Origin: Candidatus Saccharibacteria bacterium CPR2
GTDB lineage: Bacteria > Patescibacteriota > Saccharimonadia > Saccharimonadales > QWHN01
NCBI GenBank assembly: GCA_021404905.1
Contig: QWHN01000001.1
Coordinates: 194,162 to 258,161 of the forward strand
Direction of reading: 5' to 3'
Length of the DNA stretch: 64,000 bases
Shown here in pieces: positions 50,165 to 58,713 of the stretch; within the stretch, counting starts at the first letter, position 1, and the number at the start of each line of letters is the position of its first letter. The position numbers were made by a program, and so were the translations under genes. The notes under the pieces are model-generated. The model searched no databases. It had not been told where the DNA came from and saw only the letters and a list, made by a program, of their open reading frames with translations.

Positions 50165-50340
50165 GAATTTGGAATCAGCAACTAGCAATTAGGAATTAGT
50201 TCTTGAAAACACTAGTCTCTATTTCCTAATTCCCAGTTTCTAGTTCCTAGATGCTAATTCCCAACTCCTAGTTCCCAATTTCTGGTTCCTATTTCCTAGT
50301 TGCCAATTTCTAGTTCCCAGTTCCCAATTGCTATTTCCTA
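50161..50340. repeat. Inverted heptamer-array element, copy E7, with a diverged centre
   Basis: Five left units are followed by 18 consecutive in-phase right units at 50215-50340, with consensus (G/A)TT(C/T)C(C/T)A. The element overlaps both flanking stop codons. Confidence 0.92.
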
Positions 50341-51189
50341 GCTCCTGTTTCCCTCTATGGCTTGCCTGATGCGTTCTACAGACTCTTCCGGACGATAGTC
50401 GTCAAACCACAAGACTTGCCAGCCGCGTTTTTCAGCAGCCATAAGGTTAATTCGGCTGTCATCTACAAACAAAATTTGATTGCCGCTATAACGAGCTTTC
50501 TTCTCGGCAATTTCATAAATACGTGGTTCCGGCTTAATTGCTCCTTCTATGGATGAGTCTACAATTGCAGAGTAGGGGAGATCTGGCAAAATTTTCTTTT
50601 CTATCATGTAACCTAAAAATCCCGGAGCGATGTTTGTAAGTAAACCAATTTTGACACGAGACGATATGTGCTCTAGAAACCCCTGGACTATTTTTATCGG
50701 TGATACAGCATTCATATAGTGTTTTTGCCAATCTACAGATTGAACTCGCAAATGGCCTGCGATTGCCTTGTTAAATTCCTCAACGCTCATCTCGCCCCTG
50801 CAAACGGCATCATTGTAGTGCCAAAACGTACTCTCAACTTTTTCTGGACTGGCGCCAGCTTCACGCGCCAAAGTTGTGAACGCTCTTTGAAAAAACCGCA
50901 CCAGCACGCCATTGACGTCGCAGTAAAGAAATTTGACAGCTTGATCGTCCTCAATGACTTCACTCGTTGCAGTTTTATTGATCGGCAAAGCTGCTAACGC
51001 GTCGATGGACATGTTTAATGCCTGCGCTATTGCCGCAATAGTTCCGAACGTTGGGTTTTTTATGGCACCTCGTTCAATCTTTGCTAACGTAGAATATGCC
51101 AATCCAGCTCTGTCAGATAGATCATCTTGCGTAAAACCCGCTTCTTTTCTCGCCTCTTGGATGCGTTTGCCAAGCTCTGATGTGTCCAT
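50338..51189 (-). CDS. Fusion protein: N-terminal XRE-family HTH domain plus C-terminal HAD-superfamily hydrolase-like domain
   Basis: The HTH is LGKRIQEARKEAGFTQDDLSDRAGLAYSTLAKIERG. HAD-like motifs are YCDVNGVL, LLTN and LFVDDS. Confidence 0.7.
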   Translation of the reverse strand: MDTSELGKRIQEARKEAGFTQDDLSDRAGLAYSTLAKIERGAIKNPTFGTIAAIAQALNMSIDALAALPINKTATSEVIEDDQAVKFLYCDVNGVLVRFFQRAFTTLAREAGASPEKVESTFWHYNDAVCRGEMSVEEFNKAIAGHLRVQSVDWQKHYMNAVSPIKIVQGFLEHISSRVKIGLLTNIAPGFLGYMIEKKILPDLPYSAIVDSSIEGAIKPEPRIYEIAEKKARYSGNQILFVDDSRINLMAAEKRGWQVLWFDDYRPEESVERIRQAIEGNRS

Positions 51190-51229
51190 TGTTCTACTAG
51201 TATTAGCATACTAGTAACTTAATATCAAT

Positions 51230-51628
51230 TTAATCTAGTCTCAATTTTTTAGCAGTCTGGGCGAGTTTACTGTGGTCGGGTTCAAGCTCTGGGGAATATT
51301 CTGCCATAGTAGCCTTAAGACCCTTATATAGGGGGAATATATGGTAATGCGCATGGGGAACTTCAAAGCCTTCCACCATTACGCCAACTCTTGGAGGATT
51401 TATTACTTCACGGATTCGGTTCGCTATTTTTTTAGAAACTGACATGAGATGGAGATAAAGATCATCTTCCAAATCCCATAGGTGGTCTATCTGTTTTTTT
51501 GATACTACAAGTGTGTGGCCCTCAGAAACTGGATGAATATCTAAAAAGGCAATGACTTTATCGTCTTCATAAACCTTGTGACAAGGAATTTCGCCTTTAA
51601 TGATTTTGGTAAAGATGCTCTCTGCCAT
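51230..51628 (-). CDS. HIT-family (histidine triad) nucleotide hydrolase
   Basis: I chose the start at MAESIFTKIIKGEIP. The triad is VPHAHYHIFP. The upstream 19 codons in the ORF track run into a repeat. Confidence 0.85.
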   Translation of the reverse strand: MAESIFTKIIKGEIPCHKVYEDDKVIAFLDIHPVSEGHTLVVSKKQIDHLWDLEDDLYLHLMSVSKKIANRIREVINPPRVGVMVEGFEVPHAHYHIFPLYKGLKATMAEYSPELEPDHSKLAQTAKKLRLD

Positions 51629-51642
51629 AAAATTCCTCAGTG

Positions 51643-51725
51643 CTCTATATACAGTATAGTGTATGGGGAAATTAACAAATAGCAATTGGAAATTAGAATC
51701 TAGAATCTAGAATCTAGAAGCTAGT
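51643..51725. repeat. Heptamer array, copy E8, a partial element
   Basis: The units read tacagta tagtgta tggggaa attaaca aatagca attggaa attagaa, then tctagaa three times. A matching TATAC-type arm lies near 51830-51856. Confidence 0.75.
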
Positions 51726-51902
51726 TAAAAGCTATCAAGTTCGTAAAGTTATAAAGTGCTTTTTGAAGTTTACTAATTTGTAATTTATTTGATATTTGTA
51801 TATTGGGATTTGAGATCTTATGAAGTATACGCCATACTGCATACTCCTGGTCTACCACAGTAGATTGGTGCTTATAAAAACAATGCACTATACTGGTTAT
51901 GG

Positions 51903-52997
51903 ATGAATTTGCTTAGATATTTGGGAAAAAATATATTTTTTGTACTTGCGGTAATAACGCTAACTATTTATCTGCCTTTATTCGCAATTTGGACACAACT
52001 GAATAATCGGGAAACGTTGAAAAATTGGCTGGAAAAGTCGAGCTTGTATGAAAACATTGTGGAAGACTTTTTTGAGTTAACGCAATCTGCTCCCCAAAAC
52101 AATGAATCACGAGAATCAAATAAATCTTCTCCTCTCGAATCAAGTACAGATAAGGGGCCATTGAAAAGAGAAGAACTCCTGGCGATACTAAAGCAGACTT
52201 ATAACGAAGAGTTCTTGCGTTCGGGCGCGCATGAGATACTGGACGGCACTTACGATTGGCTTGAAAAAAAGGCCGAAAAACCAGTGTATGAAGTTTCATT
52301 AGGAGAAAAAGCTCCTGAACTTGCTAGCAAATTAGGGGGTGAGCTCAAGCTACGGCTAGCAAAGCTACCTGAATGTTCGTATGCGGAACTCATAGCTCTT
52401 GAAGAAAAGGGATTTGACCCGCTTCAAGCTACTTGTGTCCCTGCGGGCTATGACCTCAATAAACAAATTGATGAATATGCGGCCAAGTATGCCCAAGAAG
52501 ATTCCTTTTTATATGATGCCACTTTGAGTAGCAATAACTTAAGTATGAGCAAAGATGTGCTGGAAGGCTTGCCGAGCATGTTTGGGCTTTTAAACACTTT
52601 GTTATTTGTTTTGCCGTTGTTCTTAGTGATTTTTACTGGTTTATACGTATTAACCTCAACGAAGCGCCTTGAGAGCCTTGAGAGGCTTGGTACAAGATTT
52701 TTCACCACAGGTTTATTCGCGTTTCTTGGGTTTTTGATCCTTTTATCCAGCAGAGGGTGGTTTAAAGGCGCTGACCCGAACTCAGGGGCTGAACCAGGCA
52801 CCAAGGGACCTGGTTTTCTCCAAAACATAATTGGCTCTATTTGGAATCAGGCGATTGGTGATATTGCCAAAACCGGTATGATCCTGGGTGTTGTTATTGT
52901 TCTTCTTGGCGTTGGAATTTGGGTGGGAGCTTGGTTTGTCCAAAATAACAAATCTGGCAATATTGATAACAAAAAAGAAGAAAAAGTTAAAACCTAA
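51903..52997 (+). CDS. Hypothetical membrane protein
   Basis: 364 aa with an N-terminal TM helix, an extracytoplasmic domain and 3-4 C-terminal TM helices. No motif recognised. Confidence 0.5.
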   Translation: MNLLRYLGKNIFFVLAVITLTIYLPLFAIWTQLNNRETLKNWLEKSSLYENIVEDFFELTQSAPQNNESRESNKSSPLESSTDKGPLKREELLAILKQTYNEEFLRSGAHEILDGTYDWLEKKAEKPVYEVSLGEKAPELASKLGGELKLRLAKLPECSYAELIALEEKGFDPLQATCVPAGYDLNKQIDEYAAKYAQEDSFLYDATLSSNNLSMSKDVLEGLPSMFGLLNTLLFVLPLFLVIFTGLYVLTSTKRLESLERLGTRFFTTGLFAFLGFLILLSSRGWFKGADPNSGAEPGTKGPGFLQNIIGSIWNQAIGDIAKTGMILGVVIVLLGVGIWVGAWFVQNNKSGNIDNKKEEKVKT

Positions 52998-53102
52998 TCT
53001 GTAAGTTGGCTTGCCGTAAGCGAATGTTGTGAATCAAATAGCGGCGAAGCGATATATCTCCTCACAATTTTCGCTTTTGTCGGTTTAAATATGTTTACAG
53101 AT

Positions 53103-54218
53103 CTATTCAGTTATTTTTGTCCCTACCGCCTCAGCCACTGACTTAAAACCATCTTTTTTTAGAAGGTCTGCGATCTCTTTATTAATTACCCCAATCTGGC
53201 CGGGACCCATATATATCATGCCTGTAATCATCTGCACAGCAGAAGCGCCACGCTTTATTTTTTCATAAGCGTCAGCGCCCGAAAAGATGCCACCACAACC
53301 AATGATGATCAATTTTCCCCGATATTTTTCATACAACGCGCTGATTAGTTCATTAGATTTTTTCTCGGTTGGCTTGCCGCTAAAATTACCTTCCCCAGCG
53401 TTTTTTATTTCTTCAGGATCAAATGCCGAGTTGCCCCTATCCTTCGCCAAATTTGAAAGTATAATGCCGCTAATCCACGAATATTTTATTACTATCTCGC
53501 ACAAGGCGATTATCTCCTCGGGCGACTTTTCTAGAGGCATTTTTACAAAAAGCGGCTTTGCAATTTGTTCTTTATTCAAACGAGCAAGGAGTGCTGTGAA
53601 TCCAGCAGGCTCATCAACCCGCTCTGTAAAACTTGCGATATTAATGAGATTAGGACAGCTAATGTTGAGTTCATAATATTGGATATTTTCTGCAATGCGG
53701 ACAAGCGAAAAGCCTGCGGCGATCTCCTCTGTTATTTCGTTGAAGTTTTCATATCGTCGATTCGTGGCGCCAATACTTAACCCAATCGGTATTTCAAAGT
53801 TATTCTTCCCGATTTTCTTAAGAACTGCCTGCATACCAGCACTTTTGAATCCCTTATTCACGAGCAGGGATCGAGATTTCGGTAATCGTCCGAGCATTGG
53901 CCGAGGATTCCCTCTATAAGCGCCAAGGGTGACTGTGCCAATGCTTTGAAAACCAAAGCCGATGCTGGGGGTAATTCGCATAAGATCCGCATCATAATCA
54001 AAGCCGGCCGCAAGGCCAACGGGATTTTTAATTGAAAGACCAGCAAGATTGATGTGCAACGATTTATTGTGATAGGAAAAGAGATGTCCTATAAATTTCC
54101 GAGCAATACCGCTTGATCCAAGCCAGCGTCCAAGCGTGAGTACCATTGCGTGCACCTGATCTGCAGGGAAATTAAATAAGACAGGTTTAATTATTTTGCG
54201 ATAAATGATTCCTGACAT
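53103..54218 (-). CDS. pyrD: Dihydroorotate dehydrogenase, class 2 (quinone)-like
   Basis: I chose the start at MSGIIYRKIIKP, because the ORF-track N-terminus overlaps a tRNA. Motifs are GLAAGFD, NISCPN and IGCGGIFSGADAYEKIKRGAS. Confidence 0.8.
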   Translation of the reverse strand: MSGIIYRKIIKPVLFNFPADQVHAMVLTLGRWLGSSGIARKFIGHLFSYHNKSLHINLAGLSIKNPVGLAAGFDYDADLMRITPSIGFGFQSIGTVTLGAYRGNPRPMLGRLPKSRSLLVNKGFKSAGMQAVLKKIGKNNFEIPIGLSIGATNRRYENFNEITEEIAAGFSLVRIAENIQYYELNISCPNLINIASFTERVDEPAGFTALLARLNKEQIAKPLFVKMPLEKSPEEIIALCEIVIKYSWISGIILSNLAKDRGNSAFDPEEIKNAGEGNFSGKPTEKKSNELISALYEKYRGKLIIIGCGGIFSGADAYEKIKRGASAVQMITGMIYMGPGQIGVINKEIADLLKKDGFKSVAEAVGTKITE

Positions 54219-54234
54219 GTAATTATTTCCTAAC

Positions 54235-54326
54235 TGGCGGAGAGGGTGGGATTTGAACCCACGGTACCTAATGAAAGGCACAACGGTTTTCGAGACCGTC
54301 CAGTTAAGCCACTCCTGCACCTCTCC
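54235..54326 (-). tRNA. tRNA-Ser(CGA), CCA encoded
   Basis: The reverse complement reads GGAGAGGTGCAGGAGTGG...ACGGT-CTCGAAA-ACCGT...long variable arm...GGGTTCAAATCCC...CCTCTCCGCCA. Confidence 0.9.
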
Positions 54327-54370
54327 GTATATAGAACATTTTAATACTTTTTAGGATCCGCTGCAGATAT

Positions 54371-54393
54371 AACAAAACCACCCTCTAGGGTGG
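54371..54393 (-). terminator. Intrinsic terminator downstream of the tRNA-Arg/GIY-YIG unit
   Basis: On the minus strand the sequence reads CCACCC-taga-GGGTGG followed by TTTTGTT. Confidence 0.55.
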
Positions 54394-54399
54394 CAATAA

Positions 54400-54417
54400 T
54401 GGCGTACCCGGCAGGAT
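54400..54417 (-). other. Orphan copy of the tRNA-Arg 3' end (18 nt, including CCA)
   Basis: tggcgtacccggcaggat is identical to 54582-54599, the acceptor 3' strand plus part of the T-arm of tRNA-Arg. Confidence 0.85.
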
Positions 54418-54581
54418 ATCGGCCTCATTTTTTCGGCCTCCTTCGTTTGCTCGCAAAAATATACAAGTGCATTTTTGCTTCGCTACACTTCGCCGAACCT
54501 GGTGCTATGCACCGCAGGTTCGAATCTTCTTATTAACAAGTTTTAAAGTAAATAATAAAAGAGTATCTAGCGAGTATCACC

Positions 54582-54658
54582 TGGCGTACCCGGCAGGATT
54601 CGAACCTGCGGCCTCTGGCTCCGCAAGCCAACGCTCTATCCAGCTGAGCTACGGGTAC
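54582..54658 (-). tRNA. tRNA-Arg(GCG), CCA encoded
   Basis: The reverse complement reads GTACCCGTAGCTCAGCTGGATAGAGCG-TTGGC-TTGCGGA-GCCAG...GCAGGTTCGAATCCTGC-CGGGTAC-G-CCA. Confidence 0.88.
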
Positions 54659-54931
54659 TTATGTATCAACTGATTTAATATAACCATCTTTAATGATTTT
54701 CTCAATGAAATCTTTGCGTTTCCAAGACTTAAGCTTATTTTCTAACTTTCTAGCTATTTTAATACTTGAAAATTCTTGACTAAATTTCAAAATGCATTCA
54801 TCTCCTAAACGAACAGTGCTTGGAGTATAGCCAGATCTGTGTTGCTTAATTCTTCTTGCTAAATCAATTGTGCTACCAATGTAATATTTATCTGACTTTG
54901 GAAAGTAAAGTATATATACAAATGCGTTCAT
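54659..54931 (-). CDS. GIY-YIG nuclease-family protein (small, URI-domain only)
   Basis: The N-terminus MNAFVYILYFPKSDKYYIGSTIDLARRIKQH carries the GIY...YIG...R motifs. The stop codon abuts nt 1 of tRNA-Arg. Confidence 0.85.
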   Translation of the reverse strand: MNAFVYILYFPKSDKYYIGSTIDLARRIKQHRSGYTPSTVRLGDECILKFSQEFSSIKIARKLENKLKSWKRKDFIEKIIKDGYIKSVDT

Positions 54932-54994
54932 ATCCAGCTCCGACGTTATCAGTCGGAGTCCCGATTGTAAACATCGGGACTGAGCTACGGGTAC
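54931..54994 (-). other. Interrupted copy of the tRNA-Arg 5' end: nt 1-15, a 42-nt insert forming two hairpins, then nt 16-22
   Basis: On the minus strand: GTACCCGTAGCTCAG + TCCCGATgtttacaATCGGGA + CTCCGACtgataacGTCGGAG + CTGGATA. The last A is the first base of the GIY-YIG ATG start. Confidence 0.85.
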
Positions 54995-55151
54995 AAATGA
55001 AAACCGTCGCTAACCGTCCCGCTAAATGCGGGACAGTTAGGCAACACATTGAGTAAAAGGAGCTTTCCAAAATTTTGATTTTTGGAACAGGGGTCACTAT
55101 AACACACTTCTACTAGCAAAACAAAGTGGAAAACTTGGATTGATAAAACAG

Positions 55152-55913
55152 TTAAAAACGTATTTGGCGAGCCAGCCTGTCTATAAAATCAGGCTCTTTA
55201 TCTTCGTGTGGCAGTTGCAAACTTAGAATGTTAATTATTTGATCTTTATGAGCAGGATCAAAATATATAGAAATTCCTGGCATAAATCGTTTCAGCGGCA
55301 AAAATTCTATACTCTCAATACCCCCATCATGAAGAATGTTAAAAGATCTAAATTGATCAAAACGATAATTTTTATTGCCGATTGATAGCCCTTCTGGAGT
55401 AATTGAATATTGTAGAACTTCCGGTTTACGTTGAGCATAGACAATAACAGTCACAGCCATCAAAATAACGACCATAGCTGCCCAAATATCAACTACGAAG
55501 TAAAGAGCAACGGCAAATATTATTGCAATCAGACTTAAAATTGCAAACCACCCGACACCTTTTTGATGATGAACATATTCAGAAGCCTCCCATGTGATTG
55601 TATTCTCTCCCTTTGATCCGTGAGCAATATCAACATGAGACTGGCCACGTACATTTTGGAGTTCATGACGTTGGGTTTCAGATTGATGAGAACCTAGGTC
55701 TTTGTTTGTCTCTTTATTTTGCTCTTTCTCATTTTCAATATTTTCTCGTGGTAAATCTTCTTTCCTGCTTTCATTAACTTGACTTAAAGAACTAGGTTCC
55801 GGAGAAACCACTACTGTTTCCTGGTTTGGTTGTATAGTTTGTCCTGGAGTAAATTGACTTACTGACTCATCTGAATTTGCCTGATCTGATAATTCATTTG
55901 TCTCATTACTCAT
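55152..55913 (-). CDS. Hypothetical membrane protein: acidic low-complexity N-terminus, two TM helices, small C-terminal domain
   Basis: 253-aa ORF with a TM pair (WFAILSLIAIIFAVALYFVV and WAAMVVILMAVTVIVY). Confidence 0.5.
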   Translation of the reverse strand: MSNETNELSDQANSDESVSQFTPGQTIQPNQETVVVSPEPSSLSQVNESRKEDLPRENIENEKEQNKETNKDLGSHQSETQRHELQNVRGQSHVDIAHGSKGENTITWEASEYVHHQKGVGWFAILSLIAIIFAVALYFVVDIWAAMVVILMAVTVIVYAQRKPEVLQYSITPEGLSIGNKNYRFDQFRSFNILHDGGIESIEFLPLKRFMPGISIYFDPAHKDQIINILSLQLPHEDKEPDFIDRLARQIRF

Positions 55914-56066
55914 ATTACAGACCAGTATACCCCATAAAACATATTAAAAAAACATAAGGAATATACTAAAACTTGGTCGCCTCGATTATCGAACCTATGT
56001 GTTCGAATCTTTCTCTTTCCATCAAAAGAGAAACGGCTGCACATAAACGTGCGACCGCCTCTCTCT

Positions 56067-56156
56067 TGGCGGAGAGGCAGGGATTCGAACCCTGGGTGCC
56101 ATTGCTGGCACACCGGTTTTCAAGACCGGCTCCTTAAACCGCTCGGACACCTCTCC
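56067..56156 (-). tRNA. tRNA-Ser(TGA), CCA encoded
   Basis: The reverse complement reads GGAGAGGTGTCCGAGCGG...CCGGT-CTTGAAA-ACCGG...GGGTTCGAATCCC...CCTCTCCGCCA. Confidence 0.9.
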
Positions 56157-56264
56157 TCATCTAAAGTGTATAGTATTTACAGATTGTAATTCAACAATAA
56201 TTCCCTCTTGGGTAAATAACAAACTTGTCTTACAATCTATAAGACCATAGATTATGGGCGTAAA

Positions 56265-56357
56265 GGAGAGGTACCCAAGAGGCTGAAGGGGACGGTTTGC
56301 TAAATCGTTAGTCCCGAGCAATCGGGAGCGAGGGTTCGAATCCCTCCCTCTCCGCCA
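56265..56357 (+). tRNA. tRNA-Ser(GCT), CCA encoded
   Basis: The sequence reads GGAGAGGTACCCAAGAGG...ACGGT-TTGCTAA-ATCGT...long variable arm...GGGTTCGAATCCC...CCTCTCCGCCA. Confidence 0.9.
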
Positions 56358-56410
56358 TCCTACTTCACCAAGGCTACGGATGGCAATTTGACTCAAAATT
56401 TTAACTTATC

Positions 56411-56456
56411 CACTGTCAATTGCCTAATTTCCAATTCCCAGTTGCTATTTCCAAGC
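56411..56456. repeat. Heptamer array, copy E9, one arm only
   Basis: The units read cactgtc aattgcc taatttc caattcc cagttgc tatttcc, between tRNA-Ser(GCT) and the convergent gene. Confidence 0.7.
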
Positions 56457-56459
56457 TTT

Positions 56460-57065
56460 TTATCTAAAAACCCTTAATCTAAGCATGAAAAGCCGGGCTA
56501 AAATTACAAAACAATGCATTGCCAGCATGAGTAGGAATGTAAATAACCCAAAATACAAAGCTATTTGCCAGTAGGGCGACGTTAAAGCCCAATCACTGAG
56601 TGTATTCACAATGGTGGGGTAAATGAATTGCACGAAAAACAAGGCGTAAAAAATACTTAAAAGCACGATGGCCGCTCTAAATCCAAGCCTGGCACCGTAC
56701 GCAACCCAATGATCTGACTGATGAAATGACCTTGGGTGGTTAAACACCAAAGCAATATTGACTTCATTTGCCAGATCACGTATTACCCCAGTTATTAACC
56801 ATATGACTATATAAATTACAGCTCCACCAGCACTCCAAAAAGCCACTGTAGTTACTACATCGACATTGCGAGTTGATTCCAGCTGGTTTAGAAATTGTTG
56901 CCACTGATAGCTGAATATGCTAGATTGAGCTTCAATGATAGACGGATTTATGAGTCCTTTGAATACCGAAGTTGAAGCACCTATTACTAATAAAAAAGCA
57001 CTTATGAAAAAATAAATAATTAACTCGAGTCTTGTTGGTAATAAAAACAAAATAAAGCGATTCAT
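56460..57065 (-). CDS. Hypothetical polytopic membrane protein
   Basis: 201 aa with about five hydrophobic helices. No motif recognised. Confidence 0.5.
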   Translation of the reverse strand: MNRFILFLLPTRLELIIYFFISAFLLVIGASTSVFKGLINPSIIEAQSSIFSYQWQQFLNQLESTRNVDVVTTVAFWSAGGAVIYIVIWLITGVIRDLANEVNIALVFNHPRSFHQSDHWVAYGARLGFRAAIVLLSIFYALFFVQFIYPTIVNTLSDWALTSPYWQIALYFGLFTFLLMLAMHCFVILARLFMLRLRVFR

Positions 57066-57115
57066 ATAATGCGAATGTCTTTTAAGTTATTATACATGCC
57101 TTAAGCTTTTTGGGA

Positions 57116-57790
57116 TTATTCGCAGGTCTGGGCAATGGCTATAGCACTAACAGTTTTTGCTCCGGCATTTTTTAAGGTTTTCGCGCAAGCCGAGAGGGTA
57201 GCACCGGTAGTAACTACATCATCAATTATTAATATTTCTTTGCCTGCAATCTCATTTTGGTTAATTGCCCAAAACGCACCATCCATCTGATGTAAACGTG
57301 CATGCTTTGAAGATCCAACCTGTCTTGCATTTGTTACGCGTAACAGCAAACGTGAATACTGCCAGCCTCGTTGTTTTGCCAGCTTGCGTGCTAATAATTC
57401 GCATTGATCATAACCCCGCACGCGTATTCGATTGTTTGCTGTTGGCACGTGCGTAACGAGCATATTACTTGGCAATCCGTGAGGCAAAACGTCTGCTAAG
57501 AAATTGGCAAAAATTTTATAAGCGTCTTTAGCATTATTATATTTAAATTTTTGAATTAGCGTGCTAATAGGTTCTTCGTATTCAGCGCCTACCCAGACAT
57601 GCTTGAGTTTTGTTTTTGCGTAGCAATTATCGCAACTACGGTGATCTAAAGTAATTTTTTTGCACAGAAAACACCTGGAGGGCAAGTGAACTACATAACT
57701 TTCTCTGCATCCATCACACAGCAGATTTCCTAGTTGCCTGCAGCTTACGCAACTGTGTGGCGCTATAAGTTTTAGAACGTCTTCGATCAT
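57116..57790 (-). CDS. comFC: ComF-family protein (zinc-ribbon plus phosphoribosyltransferase domain)
   Basis: The N-terminus has CxxC pairs, and the PRTase motif is EILIIDDVVTTGATL. Confidence 0.8.
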   Translation of the reverse strand: MIEDVLKLIAPHSCVSCRQLGNLLCDGCRESYVVHLPSRCFLCKKITLDHRSCDNCYAKTKLKHVWVGAEYEEPISTLIQKFKYNNAKDAYKIFANFLADVLPHGLPSNMLVTHVPTANNRIRVRGYDQCELLARKLAKQRGWQYSRLLLRVTNARQVGSSKHARLHQMDGAFWAINQNEIAGKEILIIDDVVTTGATLSACAKTLKNAGAKTVSAIAIAQTCE

Positions 57791-57882
57791 ATATGTGAAA
57801 TTTATTGACTCTAGTTTATATTAACTTTCTGATGTGAGTAGAATAAAATAGCTTAAATTATTTTGAAATATGCCAGCTATTG

Positions 57883-57912
57883 TTGCATATTTACTAATAG
57901 TTTGGATATAAT
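57883..57912 (+). promoter_or_regulatory. Candidate sigma-70 promoter of the hsp20 gene
   Basis: TTGCAT, an 18-nt spacer, then TATAAT, about 55 nt upstream of the ATG. Confidence 0.45.
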
Positions 57913-57966
57913 GCTAGTTATAATTTAATGAAGCCATGTGTTCGTTAGGTAATAAGTGGAGGTGTT

Positions 57967-58431
57967 ATGGCTCGACGACAAAAACAAGATGACGATTTGC
58001 TAATGGAGGATGAGTTAGCGGCAGCTTTTCTGGAAGAAGATACTCAATCCGAACCAGACAACGCACAAGCTGCAGGGCAGGATGATTGGGACGAAGATGA
58101 TACCATCCCCGGACAACTCGCTGTCGATGTCTACGAAACCAAAGAAAAATTAATCGTAAAAGCGCGAACAGCTGGTGTAAACAAAGATGATCTTGATGTT
58201 AGTATTGCGGATAATACCCTAACAATACGCGGGACTTTGTCTTCTGGCGAAGAAGTCGAAGCAGAGAACTATCACATCCAAGAATGTTACTGGGGTGAGT
58301 TTTCTAGAACCCTAACACTGCCAGTGCCGGTTAAAGAAGATGAAGTTGAAGCAGTATTAAAAGACGGTGTGCTTACTATTTCGTTTAATAAAGTTAAGCA
58401 AGATACTGTCAAGAAAATACAAATACAGTAG
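57967..58431 (+). CDS. Small heat-shock protein (Hsp20/alpha-crystallin family)
   Basis: It has an alpha-crystallin domain (PGQLAVDVYETKEKLIVKARTAGV...GVLTISFNK) and a GGAGG RBS. Confidence 0.85.
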   Translation: MARRQKQDDDLLMEDELAAAFLEEDTQSEPDNAQAAGQDDWDEDDTIPGQLAVDVYETKEKLIVKARTAGVNKDDLDVSIADNTLTIRGTLSSGEEVEAENYHIQECYWGEFSRTLTLPVPVKEDEVEAVLKDGVLTISFNKVKQDTVKKIQIQ

Positions 58432-58440
58432 TTGCCTCGT

Positions 58441-58646
58441 ATTAAGTATAGAGTATAGAAATTGGGAAACAGCAATTAGAAACTAGGGATTAGTTTTTAA
58501 AAATATACTATTTTCTATTTCCTAATTCCCGATTGCTAGTTGCTCTCTTGAAGGGTGGCACCCTTACTACTGATTTCTACTAATTCCCAATTCCTTATTT
58601 CTAATTTCAATTTTCTGGTTGCCGATTGCTAGTTCCTAGTTTCTAG
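58441..58646. repeat. Inverted heptamer-array element, copy E10 (composite)
   Basis: The exact 22-mer is at 58498-58519, the 85-bp module is at 58539-58623, and further heptamers follow (ctagttc ctagttt ctag). Confidence 0.9.
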
Positions 58647-58713
58647 ATCTATCTCGGGTTTCGCATATTCTTGATCCATAAATTATACTTATAGTATTAA
58701 GAAGGAGGTTTTT

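Noticed and set aside
55016-55034. The hairpin GTCCCGC-taaat-GCGGGAC between the 55152 gene and the tRNA-Arg 5' fragment, considered as a terminator.
   Set aside because: On the relevant minus strand the nearest T-run is 13 nt away from the stem, so it does not meet intrinsic-terminator geometry.
55970-56055. Cloverleaf-like fold on the minus strand: GGTCGC...GCGACC ends, with three internal hairpins including TTTCTCTT/AAGAGAAA and a GGTTCGATA motif. This suggested an extra tRNA.
   Set aside because: The putative anticodon arm has an 8-9-bp stem and a 6-8-nt loop. There is no proper D-arm or T-stem pairing and no CCA or discriminator logic. It is not a credible tRNA.
56157-56396. ORF-track entries overlapping tRNA genes: 28962-29171, 29024-29224, 54467-54673, 55910-56113 and 56157-56396.
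   Set aside because: They are translations of tRNA or repeat sequence. The tRNA cloverleaves explain these regions better.
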